64,000 nt of DNA from an uncultured Candidatus Rokubacteria bacterium (GTDB taxonomy: Bacteria > Methylomirabilota > Methylomirabilia > Rokubacteriales > CSP1-6), in the NCBI GenBank assembly GCA_963789955.1, contig CAWBMV010000034.1, positions 704,001 through 768,000 on the forward strand, in the 5' to 3' direction. The notes below the pieces were generated by a model. It did not search any database. It saw only the letters and a program-made list of their open reading frames with translations, and was not told where the DNA came from. Position numbers and translations under genes: made by a program. Position 1 is the first letter of the stretch; every line of letters begins with the position of its first letter. Shown here piece after piece: positions 1-11,131 of the stretch.

Positions 1-2
1 GG

Positions 3-520
3 GTCAACATCGAGCCCGCGGCCAAGTTCGTCGCGCTCGCCGAGAAGCGCGCCGATGCGGTCCCCGACTACACGACGGGGCAGCCCTTCTGGGAGAAGGC
101 GGTCGGGGCCGAGAACCTCGTGCGCATGCCCTGGAGCCAGTTCGGCTTCGACACGTATTCGATGGCCATCTTCGCCAGTGACAAGACCATCAACGAGCGC
201 CCGAAGGTCCTGCGCGACTTCGTCGCGGCGTCGTATCAGGGCTGGCACGACGTGATGGAGAACCCGAAGGCCGCGCTCGAGATCTTCAAGAAGCGCGTGC
301 CCGACATCGACCTGGCGCTGATCGAGCCGAACATGATGCTCGGGCTCGATCTGATGAAGACCGACCGCTACGCGAAGAACGGGATCGGCTGGGTCGAGCG
401 CGCCAAGATGTGCCGCACCGTGGAGCTGATCAACACCTACATGCCCGACATGCCCCGCAAGGTCGGCTGCGACGAGGTCTTCACCAACGAGTTCCTGACG
501 AAGATCGAGCCGCCCAAGCG

Positions 521-524
<4 letters not shown>
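3..524 (+). CDS. ABC transporter substrate-binding protein, NMT1/THI5/SsuA-like (5' partial)
   Basis: Frame is open from the window start; C-terminal part (PKVLRDFVAASYQGW..NPKAALEI) is typical of this family; lies directly upstream of a TauB/SsuB-type ATPase. Confidence 0.75.
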
Positions 525-1282
<758 letters not shown>

Positions 1283-1310
1283 GCGCCGTGAGGCTCGGGC
1301 CGGCGCGGCG

Positions 1311-2367
1311 TCAGGCGACTTCGGCGGTGCGGATCTGGCGGAAGCGAGCGGCGAAGAGGGGGTCGAAAAGCGCGGCGGTCGCGACGAGCACCGCGTCCGC
1401 GCCCTCGCGCAGTACGTCTCGGGCGCGTTCCACCGTCGAGATACCGCCTACGGCGAGAATGGCCCGATCCCAGGCCCCGGCCTTCCTCCACGCCAGCATC
1501 TCGGCGACCTGGCGCGCCGCGACCGTGAAGGTCTGGGCGCCCACGACGTCGGCGCGCTCACGGCCGGCGCCCTCGAACGCTGGGCCACCCTTCTCGTCGA
1601 AGACCCGGCGGTTGATGCTGTGAACGAGCACATAGCCGTGAGCCCACGGCGCGAGACGGGTCGCTGTCTCGTGGAGCAGGCGCGGCGTCTTGAATGGTCC
1701 GAGCCTCGCCAGGACGGGCAGGCCGACCGATGTCCGTGTACGGTAGAGGATCCGCGCGGCGAGCGTCACGTTCTCGTAGATCATCTGAGGCTGCTCGGTG
1801 AACGGGTCCGGCGTCGCCAGCTGAACCTCGATCGCGTCGGCTCCGCTTTCGGCCGCCCAGGCGGCGCACTGTGCATAGTCCGCGCTGAGTGCCTCCGCGT
1901 CACCGCCGGGGCGAGGCGTGCCGATCACACTGGCGATCAAGACCTGACCGCGCCCGATGCGCTCCTTGGCCCGGCGAAGATCCTTGCGCCAGACGTCGGG
2001 CTCCATCGAGGGCTCGCCCAGCGAGACGGCGATGGTGGCGCCGCCGTTGTTGGCCGGGCGTGCGACGACTGCAGCCTGCTCGCGGTTATCCACATGACGG
2101 ATGTTGGGCAGAGCGTGGGCGGCCTGGAAGGCCGAACGAACGGTCGCGTACGTCAGGACGTCGAATCCAAGCCGAGCGTAGGCCTCCACCCACTTGGAGT
2201 TGAGCAGGGGCCCCGCGGCGATGCCGAGGCTCGAGTTCAGAGGACGGCCGAATAGCATCCCACCAGGGGCCGGGGGAAGACGACGCACCCTCGGCAGCAC
2301 GGGAGCATGCGAGTAGTTCCACTGATAAGAACGGTCGAGTCGATAGGCGCCTTGGGAAATGGCTCAA
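1311..2367 (-). CDS. Dihydroorotate dehydrogenase-like TIM-barrel protein with degenerate motifs; probable indel just after the start
   Basis: GIAAGPLLNSKW, LGFDVLTY.TVRS, AVGGI and GADAVLVATA resemble the DHODH family; AAGGAG RBS precedes TTG at 2367, while the main frame (AISQGAYRLDRSYQWNY...) is shifted by one base. Confidence 0.65.
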
Positions 2368-2431
2368 TCACTCCTTTTCCCCAGGAAGTACCTGGTAAGC
2401 GCCTAGTTTATCACATAGTTACACCTTTTGC

Positions 2432-3421
2432 TTACCGAAATGCGGGCGCAACCTCGGCTGCGATCAGCTGAAGCTCTCGCATGATGTGCGCGTGCGCCAT
2501 GCCCGGGAAGAAGGTTCGGCAGATCAGATGGGTCATTCCGTACTCTTCGGTGAAGCGACGGATCTGCGCGACGCACTGCTCAGGCCCGCCGATGATGAAC
2601 CGGTCGGCCATCAGCCGGTCCAGGTCGGTCGCGATCGAGGAGTCGATGAACGGGTGACGCCACCCGCCGGCGTACTCCTTCCGATACGCGATCATGATGT
2701 GCTCTTCCGCGAGCTCCCGCGCCTTCCGGTCGGTATCGGCAATGATCAGATCCCGGGTCAGCGGCCATTCGGCCACGGGCTGACTCCGCCCGGCAGCCCG
2801 GCGGTTGTCGAGGAAGCGTTTCTTCCCGGCGAGAAGGCGCTTGAGATCGGCGGTCGGGCCGGGGATCCAGTTGTCGGCGAGTGTCGCGGCCCGCTTGAGC
2901 GTGATGTCGCCCCAGCCGCCGATCCAGACGGGCGGGTGGGGCCTGGTCACGGGCTTGGGCTCGAGTCGTCCCTCGACGGTGTAGTAGGCGCCCTTGAAGC
3001 TGACTCGGTCCTGCGTCCAGAGCCCCTTGATGATCGCCAGCTGCTCCTCGAACCGTGCGCCGCGCTTCTCGAGATCGACGCCGTAGAGCGCGAACTCGTC
3101 GGGCTTGTAGCCGATGGCGATGCCGAGCGTGATCCGCCCCTGGGACATGACGTCGAGCATCGCGACGTCCTCGGCGAGCCGCACGGGGTGATGGAAGGCC
3201 GCCACGATGATGTCGGTGCCGAGCATCATGCGTGAGGTGCGCGTCGCGAAGCCGGCGAGCACCGTCAGCGGCGAAGGCCAGTAATGGTTCGTGACCGAGT
3301 GATGCTCCTCCATCCAGACCGAATCGAAGCCGAGCTCTTCGGCTCGCGTGACTTCTTCGAGCGCTTCCTTGTAGTACTCGCCGCCTTCGATGGGAATGAA
3401 TCCGATCTTGAGTCGCGCCAT
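2432..3421 (-). CDS. LLM-class flavin-dependent oxidoreductase (luciferase-like)
   Basis: AEELGFDSVWMEEHH, HPVRLAEDVAMLDVMSQGR, PHPPVWIGG. Confidence 0.92.
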   Translation of the reverse strand: MARLKIGFIPIEGGEYYKEALEEVTRAEELGFDSVWMEEHHSVTNHYWPSPLTVLAGFATRTSRMMLGTDIIVAAFHHPVRLAEDVAMLDVMSQGRITLGIAIGYKPDEFALYGVDLEKRGARFEEQLAIIKGLWTQDRVSFKGAYYTVEGRLEPKPVTRPHPPVWIGGWGDITLKRAATLADNWIPGPTADLKRLLAGKKRFLDNRRAAGRSQPVAEWPLTRDLIIADTDRKARELAEEHIMIAYRKEYAGGWRHPFIDSSIATDLDRLMADRFIIGGPEQCVAQIRRFTEEYGMTHLICRTFFPGMAHAHIMRELQLIAAEVAPAFR

Positions 3422-3519
3422 GGGGCGAGAGCCTAGCACGGGCCCGGAGTCGAGTCACTTGACAGACCCTCGCGCGGCGATTACACGGATCCCAGGCTGA
3501 TCATCAAGGAGGCGACCGC

Positions 3520-3885
3520 ATGCCCAGCATGAAGGGCTATCACGCGCTGAAGAATCTTCCGGAGGAGAAGGTCACCGACAAGATCTCGCGCCGCGTCCTC
3601 GTGGGCGACCAGGAGATGGTCGTGTGGTGGTCGATGAAGGCCGGCGCGCACGCCGCGGCCCACCAGCACCCGCACGAGCAGATCTTCTGGATGATCTCGG
3701 GGAAGATGGAGTTCCGGCTCGGCACCGACCGGAGGGTGTGCGGGCCGGGTGATCTCGGCCTGATCCCGGGCGGCGTCGAGCACGAGGCGTGGTTCGTCGA
3801 GGACACTGAAGTCATCGACATCTTCGCGCCGCCTCGGGAGGACTTCCTGACGCCGGACGCCCCGTCGTACATGCGAAAGGGCTGA
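3520..3885 (+). CDS. Cupin domain protein
   Basis: HQHPHEQ...GDLGLIPGGVEHEA cupin motifs; AAGGAGG RBS. Confidence 0.9.
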   Translation: MPSMKGYHALKNLPEEKVTDKISRRVLVGDQEMVVWWSMKAGAHAAAHQHPHEQIFWMISGKMEFRLGTDRRVCGPGDLGLIPGGVEHEAWFVEDTEVIDIFAPPREDFLTPDAPSYMRKG

Positions 3886-3889
3886 TCGG

Positions 3890-4147
3890 CTAGCCGCCGT
3901 AGCCCCAGTTCCAGCACGGACGGCGCTCGAGCCAGAACCAGTCGTCGCAGAGCTCTTGGGCGCAGCGATGCTTGCACTGGTCCTCGGTCTGGTCCGCGAC
4001 GCAGCGGAGCTCGCCGGCCGCCTTGCAGTAGCAAGATCCGGTGAACGTCCATCGACTCTGCTGAGCGTTCGCGCTCGTCAGACCGAGCGCCAGAAGCACG
4101 CCGAGCACGAACGGCGCGATGCGGCGCGCCCGGCCGCGGCCCGTCAT
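3890..4147 (-). CDS. Small secreted Cys/Trp-rich hypothetical protein
   Basis: Signal-peptide-like N-terminus (..LLALGLTSANA), 7 Cys in the mature part; fills the gap between flanking genes. Confidence 0.55.
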   Translation of the reverse strand: MTGRGRARRIAPFVLGVLLALGLTSANAQQSRWTFTGSCYCKAAGELRCVADQTEDQCKHRCAQELCDDWFWLERRPCWNWGYGG

Positions 4148-4183
4148 TGCCCCGGCTCCATGGCGCCGCTATAGTCTCACGAC

Positions 4184-5440
4184 ATGCGCCGAGCCTGCCT
4201 CGCGGCCGCCGTCGCGCTCTCCGTACTGCTGATGATTCGCGGGTCTCTCGGCGCGGATCCTTCCGGCATCCGGCGTATCGCCGTCACCGGGCAGGCCGCG
4301 CCGAACGGGGGCGTGTTCGATCGGTTCAGCGTCGAGTCGCTGCCGATCGTCGCGCCGATCAACGGCAAGGGCCAGGTGGCCTTCTTCGCCTCGGTTGTCC
4401 GGGGGCGCGCGAGCGAAGGGTTTTTCCTCTCCACGGGGACGCGAATCAGCAAGCTCGTCGCGGACGGCGACGCGGTTCCCGGCGGCGGCGTCTTCTCAGG
4501 GTTCGGCCGGCACCCGCTTCCGACCTTGAACGATGCCGGTGAGCTGGCGTTCGCTGCGACCATCACCGGCGCCAGGGCCGTCGAAGGCGTCTTCGTCGCT
4601 TCTCCGCGCGGCATCAGGGCGGTCGCGCTCGCGGGAGGCGCCGCTCCCGACATCTCGTCCGGGACCTTCGCGAATCTCGATACTCCATCGATCAACAACC
4701 GAGGTGAGGTCGCGTTTCTGGCGATCGTCCGCCGCGGACGCGAGAGCATCGAGGCGATCTACCTGCAGTCGGGCGGCAAGACTCGGAAGGTCGTCGCTCA
4801 AGGGGACCCGGCGCCGGCGGGAGGCACGTTCGCCGGCTTCGGTCCGCCGTCGCTGAACGGAAGCGGGCTGATCGGCTTCGCCGCCGTCGTGGAAGGACGC
4901 GCCGTCCCCGGTGGCGTCTTCGTGGCGAAGGCCGGCGCGATCAAGATGCTCGTCGGCGCCGGTGAGGACACTCCCGATGGCGGGATCTTCGCCAAGTTCT
5001 CGGAGCGCGTCGCCGTGAACGAAGCGGGCACCATCGCGTTCAACGCAATCCTCAAGGTGCTCCGCTCAGCGGAGCGATCTACATCGTCGATGATCGAGTG
5101 CGCAAGGTCGTGGGGCTCGGCGAAGTGGCGCCCGGCGGCGGCGTCTTTTCGCACTTCGGGCTCTGGCCTTCGCTGAGTGCCTCGGGCGCCGTCGTGTTCG
5201 CCGCGTCGGTCGACGGCGGGCCCGCGCCGGTCGCGGTGTTTCTCGCCGGCCGCGGCGCTACCTCGAAAGTCGCCGCGGTGGGTGACGCGCTTCCCGGAGG
5301 CGGGACGCTCGTGTCCTTCGGTCTCTATCCGTTCGCGGCGGCGAGCAGCTCGGGCGCGATCACGTTCGCGACCGCGCCCGATGCGGTCGGCGCCGGCGCC
5401 GAAGGGGTCTTCGCGATCGATTCCGCGTCTCGGCCGCTAG
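4184..5440 (+). CDS. Secreted NxxGxxAF tandem-repeat (beta-propeller-like) protein; frameshifted near 5060-5100, 3' end uncertain
   Basis: Signal peptide; about 7 repeats such as INGKGQVAF, LNDAGELAF, INNRGEVAF, LNGSGLIGF, VNEAGTIAF spread over ORFs 4184 and 5098. Confidence 0.7.
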
Positions 5441-5448
5441 CGCTCAGC

Positions 5449-6510
5449 TCAGTTCATGTCGTAGGGCGGGTACTCGACGAAGATGTTCGCGGCCGTGATC
5501 AGGCGGTGGGGCGTCACTGTGCGCGGCGCGACGGTCTCGCCGCGAAGCATCCGCATCGCGATCGGCAGGACCTCGTAGCCGTACCGGTCCAGGTAGAACG
5601 CGACCGAGCCGATGACGATGCTGCCGCGGTTGTTCGGATCGATCTCCTTCCGGTCGTTCAAGCCGCCGTGCACCGAGCGATCGACGCCCTGTCCGACGAT
5701 GGCGCCATCGGAGAGCCGCCCGGCCGAATCGACCGCGCTCTTCGCCGCGAGCGCGGAGGCATCGTCCATCGCCGCGATCAGTACCTTGGTCGAGGGATGG
5801 CTCGCGAGGACCTTGGCGACGAGGGGGCCAACCTGGGCCGGGTTGCCCTGGGTGTCGAGCGCGGTGATCTTGAGCGCGGGAAGCTGACGCTTGAGGCCTT
5901 CGGTCGCGCCTTGCGCCCGGTCGGGGATGCGATGCTCCTGATCCCGGAGGTTGCCGATGACGACGCCGATCATCGGCAGGGCGCGCCAGTTCTTGGCGCC
6001 ATAGTCCGAGAGCGCCTCGCCGGCGATGCGCCCGGCGGCGCGATTGTCCAGTCGTGTAGAGCGGCGCGTCGGCCACCGGCGTGTTGATCGCGAGGACCCG
6101 GATCCCGGCGGCTCGCAGGCTCTGCCCGACCTTCACGTTCGTCGCCGCGTCCTCGAAGTACTGGATGTAGAGATCGACCTTTCGCTTGACCGCGTCCTCG
6201 ACGTTCGCGAGCGCCTTCTGCGGGATCTCGATGATTGTCGTAGAACACCAGGTCGATCGGATAGCGGCGTACCGCCAGCGCTGAAGCTCTCGCGAACCTC
6301 TCGTCCGGTGAACCCAGTGCCCTCGAGGGTGGCCCCCGGCTCTTCGGTCAGGTTCGCGAACGCGACGGTATAGCGCCGCTCCTGCGCCACGACGGCGAGC
6401 GGCGGCCCGCCGGCAAGCCACGGCCGCAGCAGGCACGAGGCGAGCGCGATCCACAGAAAGAAGCGCCGGCGCCCCTCTCGAGGCGCCGGCCTTCGTGCTG
6501 CGCGGTGCAC
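5449..6510 (-). CDS. Sugar-type ABC periplasmic binding protein (type I fold); several frameshifts
   Basis: Pieces in ORFs 6133, 5444 and 5449: YTVAFANLTE, ALANVEDAVKRKVDLYI, GIRVLAIN, IAAMDDASALAA, GSVAFYLDRYG. Confidence 0.65.
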
Positions 6511-6521
6511 TGCGGAGCTTT

Positions 6522-7541
6522 CTAGCGGATGCCCTCGATCGCGACGAAGTTACCGGTCAGGCCGACCGCCTTCGGCACGGTCATGTTGAAGAAGAACGTC
6601 GCCCGCTTGGTCCGATCGGCCTCGGCGGCCATCAGGTCGGTCCGTACGTTCTCCATGATGTGGATCCCGGCGTCGGTGAGCAGGATCTGATGGATCATGA
6701 ACGCTTCCTTCGGATCCTCGCCGGGAATCACCTCGACAGCCCAGGTGTCCGAGCCGACCGCGACGATCTTCTGTGACACGAGCCAGTGCGCGGCTTCCTT
6801 GCCGAGGCCGGGCTCGCCCGAGTTGTAGAGCGCGTTCTGCGCGGGATACTGCTCGAAGAGATCGCCCCATCCGGTGTGGATGATGACGATGTCGCCCTCG
6901 CGGAGGGTCACGTTGTACATCTTCAGGCCGGCCTCGAGATCGGCCTTCGTGATCACGGTGCCCTTGTCGAGGCATGGCTTCTTGCAGGTCGCGTTGGTCT
7001 TGAGCTTACCGGCCTGCTGATACACCTTGACCATGTCGACGATCACGCCGCGGGTCGCGAACGACTTCAGGTGCTCGAGACCGAGCTTGGTCATGTTGTT
7101 CTGCGTGATGAACTTCCCCATCGGCGTCTGGTTGTAGTAGCAGTCCTTGCGGCCGATGTGACCCAGGCCGTCGAGGTGCGTCCCCACGTGGCTCTGGCTG
7201 AGCCACGTGTCCTCCATGTAGGTCAGCTGGTTCTCGCCGAGGGCCGCGCCGGGGGCGAGCGTGATCGCGGTCAGGATCGTCTTCGTGAACCGCGTGCCGA
7301 AGAGGGGAATCCCATCGGCGAGCGGGTACGACATGGTGACGACCTTGCCTTCCTGGATCTCCGCGGCGGCGGCCTTGGTGACCGCTGGGGTCACCCGGTT
7401 GGTAGCGCCGGTCTGATCGTTCGGGCCCCACAGCGAGGCCGGGACGATCTTGCTGCAGTCGGACTGGGCCAGCGCGGCCGGTACCGACGCGACCAGGGCG
7501 GCGAGCATCACAGGCACCACGATCAAGGACTTGCGCATCAT
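6522..7541 (-). CDS. Secreted cyclase family protein (kynurenine formamidase-like)
   Basis: HVGTHLDGLGH motif, GDIVIIHTGW, AVGSDTWAVE, GIHIMEN; signal peptide. Confidence 0.88.
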   Translation of the reverse strand: MMRKSLIVVPVMLAALVASVPAALAQSDCSKIVPASLWGPNDQTGATNRVTPAVTKAAAAEIQEGKVVTMSYPLADGIPLFGTRFTKTILTAITLAPGAALGENQLTYMEDTWLSQSHVGTHLDGLGHIGRKDCYYNQTPMGKFITQNNMTKLGLEHLKSFATRGVIVDMVKVYQQAGKLKTNATCKKPCLDKGTVITKADLEAGLKMYNVTLREGDIVIIHTGWGDLFEQYPAQNALYNSGEPGLGKEAAHWLVSQKIVAVGSDTWAVEVIPGEDPKEAFMIHQILLTDAGIHIMENVRTDLMAAEADRTKRATFFFNMTVPKAVGLTGNFVAIEGIR

Positions 7542-7675
7542 GCGACGTACTCCTTTCGACGGTGAAGGGCACGGCACATCCAAGGCCGTAACGCCGGGAT
7601 GTTAGTCCCGATGCCCGGCGAATTTCAAGACGCTTTGCGGCGCGAATGTCGAACCCGGTGCTAAGATCGCGCAGG

Positions 7676-9292
7676 ATGGCCGAAGAGCTCGCCCGCGAGG
7701 AGCAGGCCGCCCTCGCTCCCTGCTTCACCAACCTCACCGGGCCGGTCTTTGCGCTGGTGAACCTGCCCGAGGTCGTCAAAGGCGCTCTGTTCGCCCGTTA
7801 CTCGCGCTCCCCCAAGTCGCTCCGGCGCCTCTTCCTCGACGAGTTCCTCGGCCCGGGCGGCCTGGAGGCGGCGAGCCTCGGCGGCGCGGCCGGCGACGCC
7901 GGCGCCCGGCGGGCCGAGCAGCTCTTCGAGCGCGTCTTCGTCGAGTACGGGGACGACTCCGTCGCCCAGCTCGGCGGCGTGCACCTGGCGTGCGAGGGCT
8001 CGTCGAACATCCTGACCAAGGTCCTCGAGTGGGGCCGGCTCATGGCCTATCTCGAGCAATCGACCCGCTACATCCCCTACGACGACCGACCTGACGGCCG
8101 GTATCGCTACCACGTGCCCGCGGAGCTGAGCGGCGCGCTCCGCGAGCGATACGTCGCGACGCTCGATCGGGCGTTCGATCTCTACCGGACCTGGCTCCCG
8201 AAGCTGCGCGCGTTCTTCGAGGCGAAGTTCCCGCGGGACGCGGCGGAATCCGAGACCGTCTACCGCATGACGATCCGCGCCAAGGCGCTCGACACCTTGC
8301 GCGGGATGCTGCCCGCCGCCACGACATCCAATGTCGGGATCTACGCCACCGGTCAGGCGTACGAGCAGCTCCTGCTCCGGATGCGCGCGCATCCGCTGCG
8401 CGAGGTGCGCGACTGCGCGGACCTGATGCTGGTCGAGCTGCGGAAGGTGATCCCCGCGTTCCTCAAGCGCGTGGACGTGCCCGAGCGCGGCGGCATCTGG
8501 TCGACGTACTTCGAGGAAACGCGCCGGGACACACGCGACGTGGCGCGGCGATTCGTGCCGCCCGAGCCGGCGGGCGGACAGCGCGACGCGGACCTTGGCC
8601 GCGCCGAAGAGGTCATGTTGACCGACTTCGATCCGGACGGCGAGGCGAAGGTCGTCGCGGCGGCGCTCTACGCAGCCTCGAGCCGACCGGACGCGGAGCT
8701 GCTCGAGATCGCGCGCCGCATGACACCGGACGAGCGAAGCGCGGTGCTGGCCGCGTACGTGGGCAAGCGGCTGAACCGCCGCCATCGGCCCGGCCGCGCC
8801 TTCGAGCGGACGTCGTATCGCTTCGACGTGCTGGGTGACTACGGCGCGTTTCGCGACCTGCAGCGGCATCGGCTGCTCACGCTCGAGTGGCAGCGTCTGA
8901 CGCCGCGACATGGGTCCGTCATGCCCGAGGCGATCGCCGACGCGGGCGCGGGAGACGACTGGCGTCGCGTGCTGGCGGAGTCGGCCGAGCTGCACGACGC
9001 GATCGAGGCGGCCGGGCTGCCCGAGGTCGCCTCGTACGCGGTCTCGATGGCCTATCGCGTCCGTTTCTACATGGACATGAACGCGCGCGAGGCGATGCAC
9101 GTGATCGAGCTGCGCACCACGCCGCAGGGCCATCCGTCGTACCGGCGGATCTGCCAGGCGATGCACCGGCTCATCGCCGAGCGCCATCCGGCCATCGCCG
9201 CTACCATGACCTTCGCCGATCATTCCTCGGTCGACCTCGAGCGGCTGGAAGCCGAGCGCGCGGCGGAGCGCCGCCGCAGCGGCTCGGCCTAG
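7676..9292 (+). CDS. thyX: FAD-dependent thymidylate synthase, long two-domain Thy1 form
   Basis: ALFARYSRS, YGDDSVAQLG, EQSTRY, RDLQRHR, HVIELRT.PQGH.SYR motifs. Confidence 0.88.
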   Translation: MAEELAREEQAALAPCFTNLTGPVFALVNLPEVVKGALFARYSRSPKSLRRLFLDEFLGPGGLEAASLGGAAGDAGARRAEQLFERVFVEYGDDSVAQLGGVHLACEGSSNILTKVLEWGRLMAYLEQSTRYIPYDDRPDGRYRYHVPAELSGALRERYVATLDRAFDLYRTWLPKLRAFFEAKFPRDAAESETVYRMTIRAKALDTLRGMLPAATTSNVGIYATGQAYEQLLLRMRAHPLREVRDCADLMLVELRKVIPAFLKRVDVPERGGIWSTYFEETRRDTRDVARRFVPPEPAGGQRDADLGRAEEVMLTDFDPDGEAKVVAAALYAASSRPDAELLEIARRMTPDERSAVLAAYVGKRLNRRHRPGRAFERTSYRFDVLGDYGAFRDLQRHRLLTLEWQRLTPRHGSVMPEAIADAGAGDDWRRVLAESAELHDAIEAAGLPEVASYAVSMAYRVRFYMDMNAREAMHVIELRTTPQGHPSYRRICQAMHRLIAERHPAIAATMTFADHSSVDLERLEAERAAERRRSGSA

Positions 9293-9325
9293 AACCCGAA
9301 GCGCCACCGCGTACCGCCTCGCCGC

Positions 9326-9366
9326 TTGACGGCGGCGGTCCGAGCAAAGATAATTGGTCGCCCAAT
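9326..9366 (+). promoter_or_regulatory. Sigma70-type promoter overlapped by a TetR/BetI-like operator
   Basis: TTGACG (9326) - 17 bp - GATAAT (9349); palindrome ATTGG-tcgc-CCAAT at 9353-9366 just upstream of the TetR gene. Confidence 0.65.
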
Positions 9367-9382
9367 CAAATAAAGGAGCCGC

Positions 9383-9991
9383 ATGAGCCCCAAGCGCGGT
9401 GTGGCGCCGATCCGGCGCGCCGAGATCGTGCGCGCGACCATCCGGTGTCTCGCGCGCGACGGGTACTCGGGGCTCACGATGAAGAGGGTCGCGCGCGAAG
9501 CGAAGGTGAGCCAGGGCATCCTCCATTACTACTACACCGACAAGCGGGCGATTCTGGTGGCCGCGCTCGAGACGGTCACCGCCGATTTGGACCGCCGAGT
9601 CGCGGCCGCGCAGTCGCGGGAAGGGCGGGATGCGCGCGCCCGGCTCCTGGCGCTGGTCGGCGCCTGCTTGCGGCTGGCGGTCGAGGAACGCGCGTTCTGG
9701 ATCGTGTTCGTCGAGTTCTGGGGCGAGATGATGCACGACCGGCGACTGCGCGAGATCAACGCCGCGCTGTACGCGCGCATGCGGCGGCTCATCGGCGCCG
9801 TGGTGGCGCAGGGCATCCGGTCGGGCGCGTTTCGCCGGACCGACGTGCTGCGCGCCGCGGCGGTGATCCTCGGGCTCGTCGACGGCGTCTCGCTCCAGCT
9901 CGCGTTCGACCCGGCCGCGTTCCGCGTCGCCGAGGCGACCCGGTTCTGCGGCGATGCGGTGATGCGCTATCTGGCGCGGGAGGACTCATGA
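9383..9991 (+). CDS. TetR family transcriptional regulator (BetI-like)
   Basis: N-terminal HTH GLTMKRVAREAKVSQGILHYYY; MSPKRGVAPIRRAEIV start resembles BetI. Confidence 0.9.
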   Translation: MSPKRGVAPIRRAEIVRATIRCLARDGYSGLTMKRVAREAKVSQGILHYYYTDKRAILVAALETVTADLDRRVAAAQSREGRDARARLLALVGACLRLAVEERAFWIVFVEFWGEMMHDRRLREINAALYARMRRLIGAVVAQGIRSGAFRRTDVLRAAAVILGLVDGVSLQLAFDPAAFRVAEATRFCGDAVMRYLAREDS

Positions 9992-10570
9992 ACGCGGACG
10001 TGATCGCCCAGGCCAAGGAGAAGGCGCGGGACTATTTCAAGACGAAGGGCACCCTCGTCGCCGCTTCCGCGATCCACGAGCGGATCGGCGACGCCTTCGG
10101 CGCGCTCGAGACGTTCGCTGGAGCCGATCTCCGCCGCCACGGCCGCCCGCGTGGGCATTCCGGGTGAGTGGACGATCCAGGAGATCGTCGACCATCTGGT
10201 CGAGACACACCGGCCGGGGCTCGACGAGCTCTGGTGCTTGCTGGCCGGCCGCCGCCCTCCGGGCGATCCGATTCCGGCGAGCCTCCAGTCGAAGGCGCCG
10301 CTCCAGCGGCCGTGGCCCTGGCTCCTCGCCGAGCTCGCGCGCGTCCACGGCGATATCCTGAGAACGCTCGCGGCGGTGCCGCCGGACTTCGCGACCGACG
10401 CCCGCGCGCCGATCGTGATGGTGGTGAACGTGCCGGACGGGCCGGGCAAGGTCGTGCCGCTGCACTGGGTCGAGGATCTCGACTGGAAGGCGTACGCGAT
10501 CGTCTGGCGGCTCCACGTGATCGATCACCTGAAGCAGGCGAAGAAGGTGCACGCGGCCCTGGAGCGGTGA
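9988..10570 (+). CDS. DinB-like protein; frameshift near 10120
   Basis: GEWTIQEIVDHL and C-terminal H..DHLKQ DinB-type His motifs; ATG overlaps the TetR stop. Confidence 0.65.
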
Positions 10571-10574
10571 GCCG

Positions 10575-11003
10575 ATGGCGCTCGCGGTGACCGAGGCGGA
10601 GCTTCAGCGCATCCTCGACGACGTCGCGTTCACCCGCTCCTACGGCTTCCGGCTGCAGGCGATCGGCGACGGCGAGTGCACCCTGGAGGTCCCGTTCCGG
10701 ACCGAGTTCGAGCGCCCCGGAGGGATCGTGAGCGGCCAGGTGTTCATGGCGGCCGCTGATGTCGCGATGTGGCTCGCGATCATGACTCGCCTCGGCGCGA
10801 CCGACGGCTCGGTGACCGCGGGCATGACGAGCGCGTTCCTGGGCGCGGCCCGCCGCGAGCCGTTTCGCTGCACCGCGCGGATCGTGAAGCTCGGGAGGCG
10901 GCTCGTCTACGGCGTCGCCGAGAGCGTGGGCGCCGGCGGCCGACTGCTCGCCCACCACTCCCTCACGTACGCCCGCGCCTCGCGCGCGGAACACCGCGAG
11001 TAG
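10575..11003 (+). CDS. PaaI family (hotdog fold) thioesterase
   Basis: RPGGIVSG..MAAADVAM, A.IVKLGRRL. Confidence 0.85.
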   Translation: MALAVTEAELQRILDDVAFTRSYGFRLQAIGDGECTLEVPFRTEFERPGGIVSGQVFMAAADVAMWLAIMTRLGATDGSVTAGMTSAFLGAARREPFRCTARIVKLGRRLVYGVAESVGAGGRLLAHHSLTYARASRAEHRE

Positions 11004-11131
11004 CAGATTCGCGAGAAACGCCCAGCTGCGAGGCGGCGCCCGAAGGGCGCGCGCGAGGCGTACTCGCTGTACGTTGAGCGCGCGGACGAGGGCGCCGACG
11101 AAGCAGATGGGTGTTTCTCGCGGATCTGCTA
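11001..11131. mobile_element. MITE/REP-like palindromic element, about 131 bp, between convergent genes
   Basis: 29-bp terminal inverted repeats with 3 mismatches (TAGCAGATTCGCGAGAAACGCCCAGCTGC / GCAGATGGGTGTTTCTCGCGGATCTGCTA); nested inner stems; no transposase. Confidence 0.6.

Noticed and set aside
7661..9736. Long antisense ORFs (also 20981..23341, 43428..45539 and others)
   Set aside because: Shadow ORFs typical of high-GC coding DNA; they carry no motifs and overlap well-supported genes
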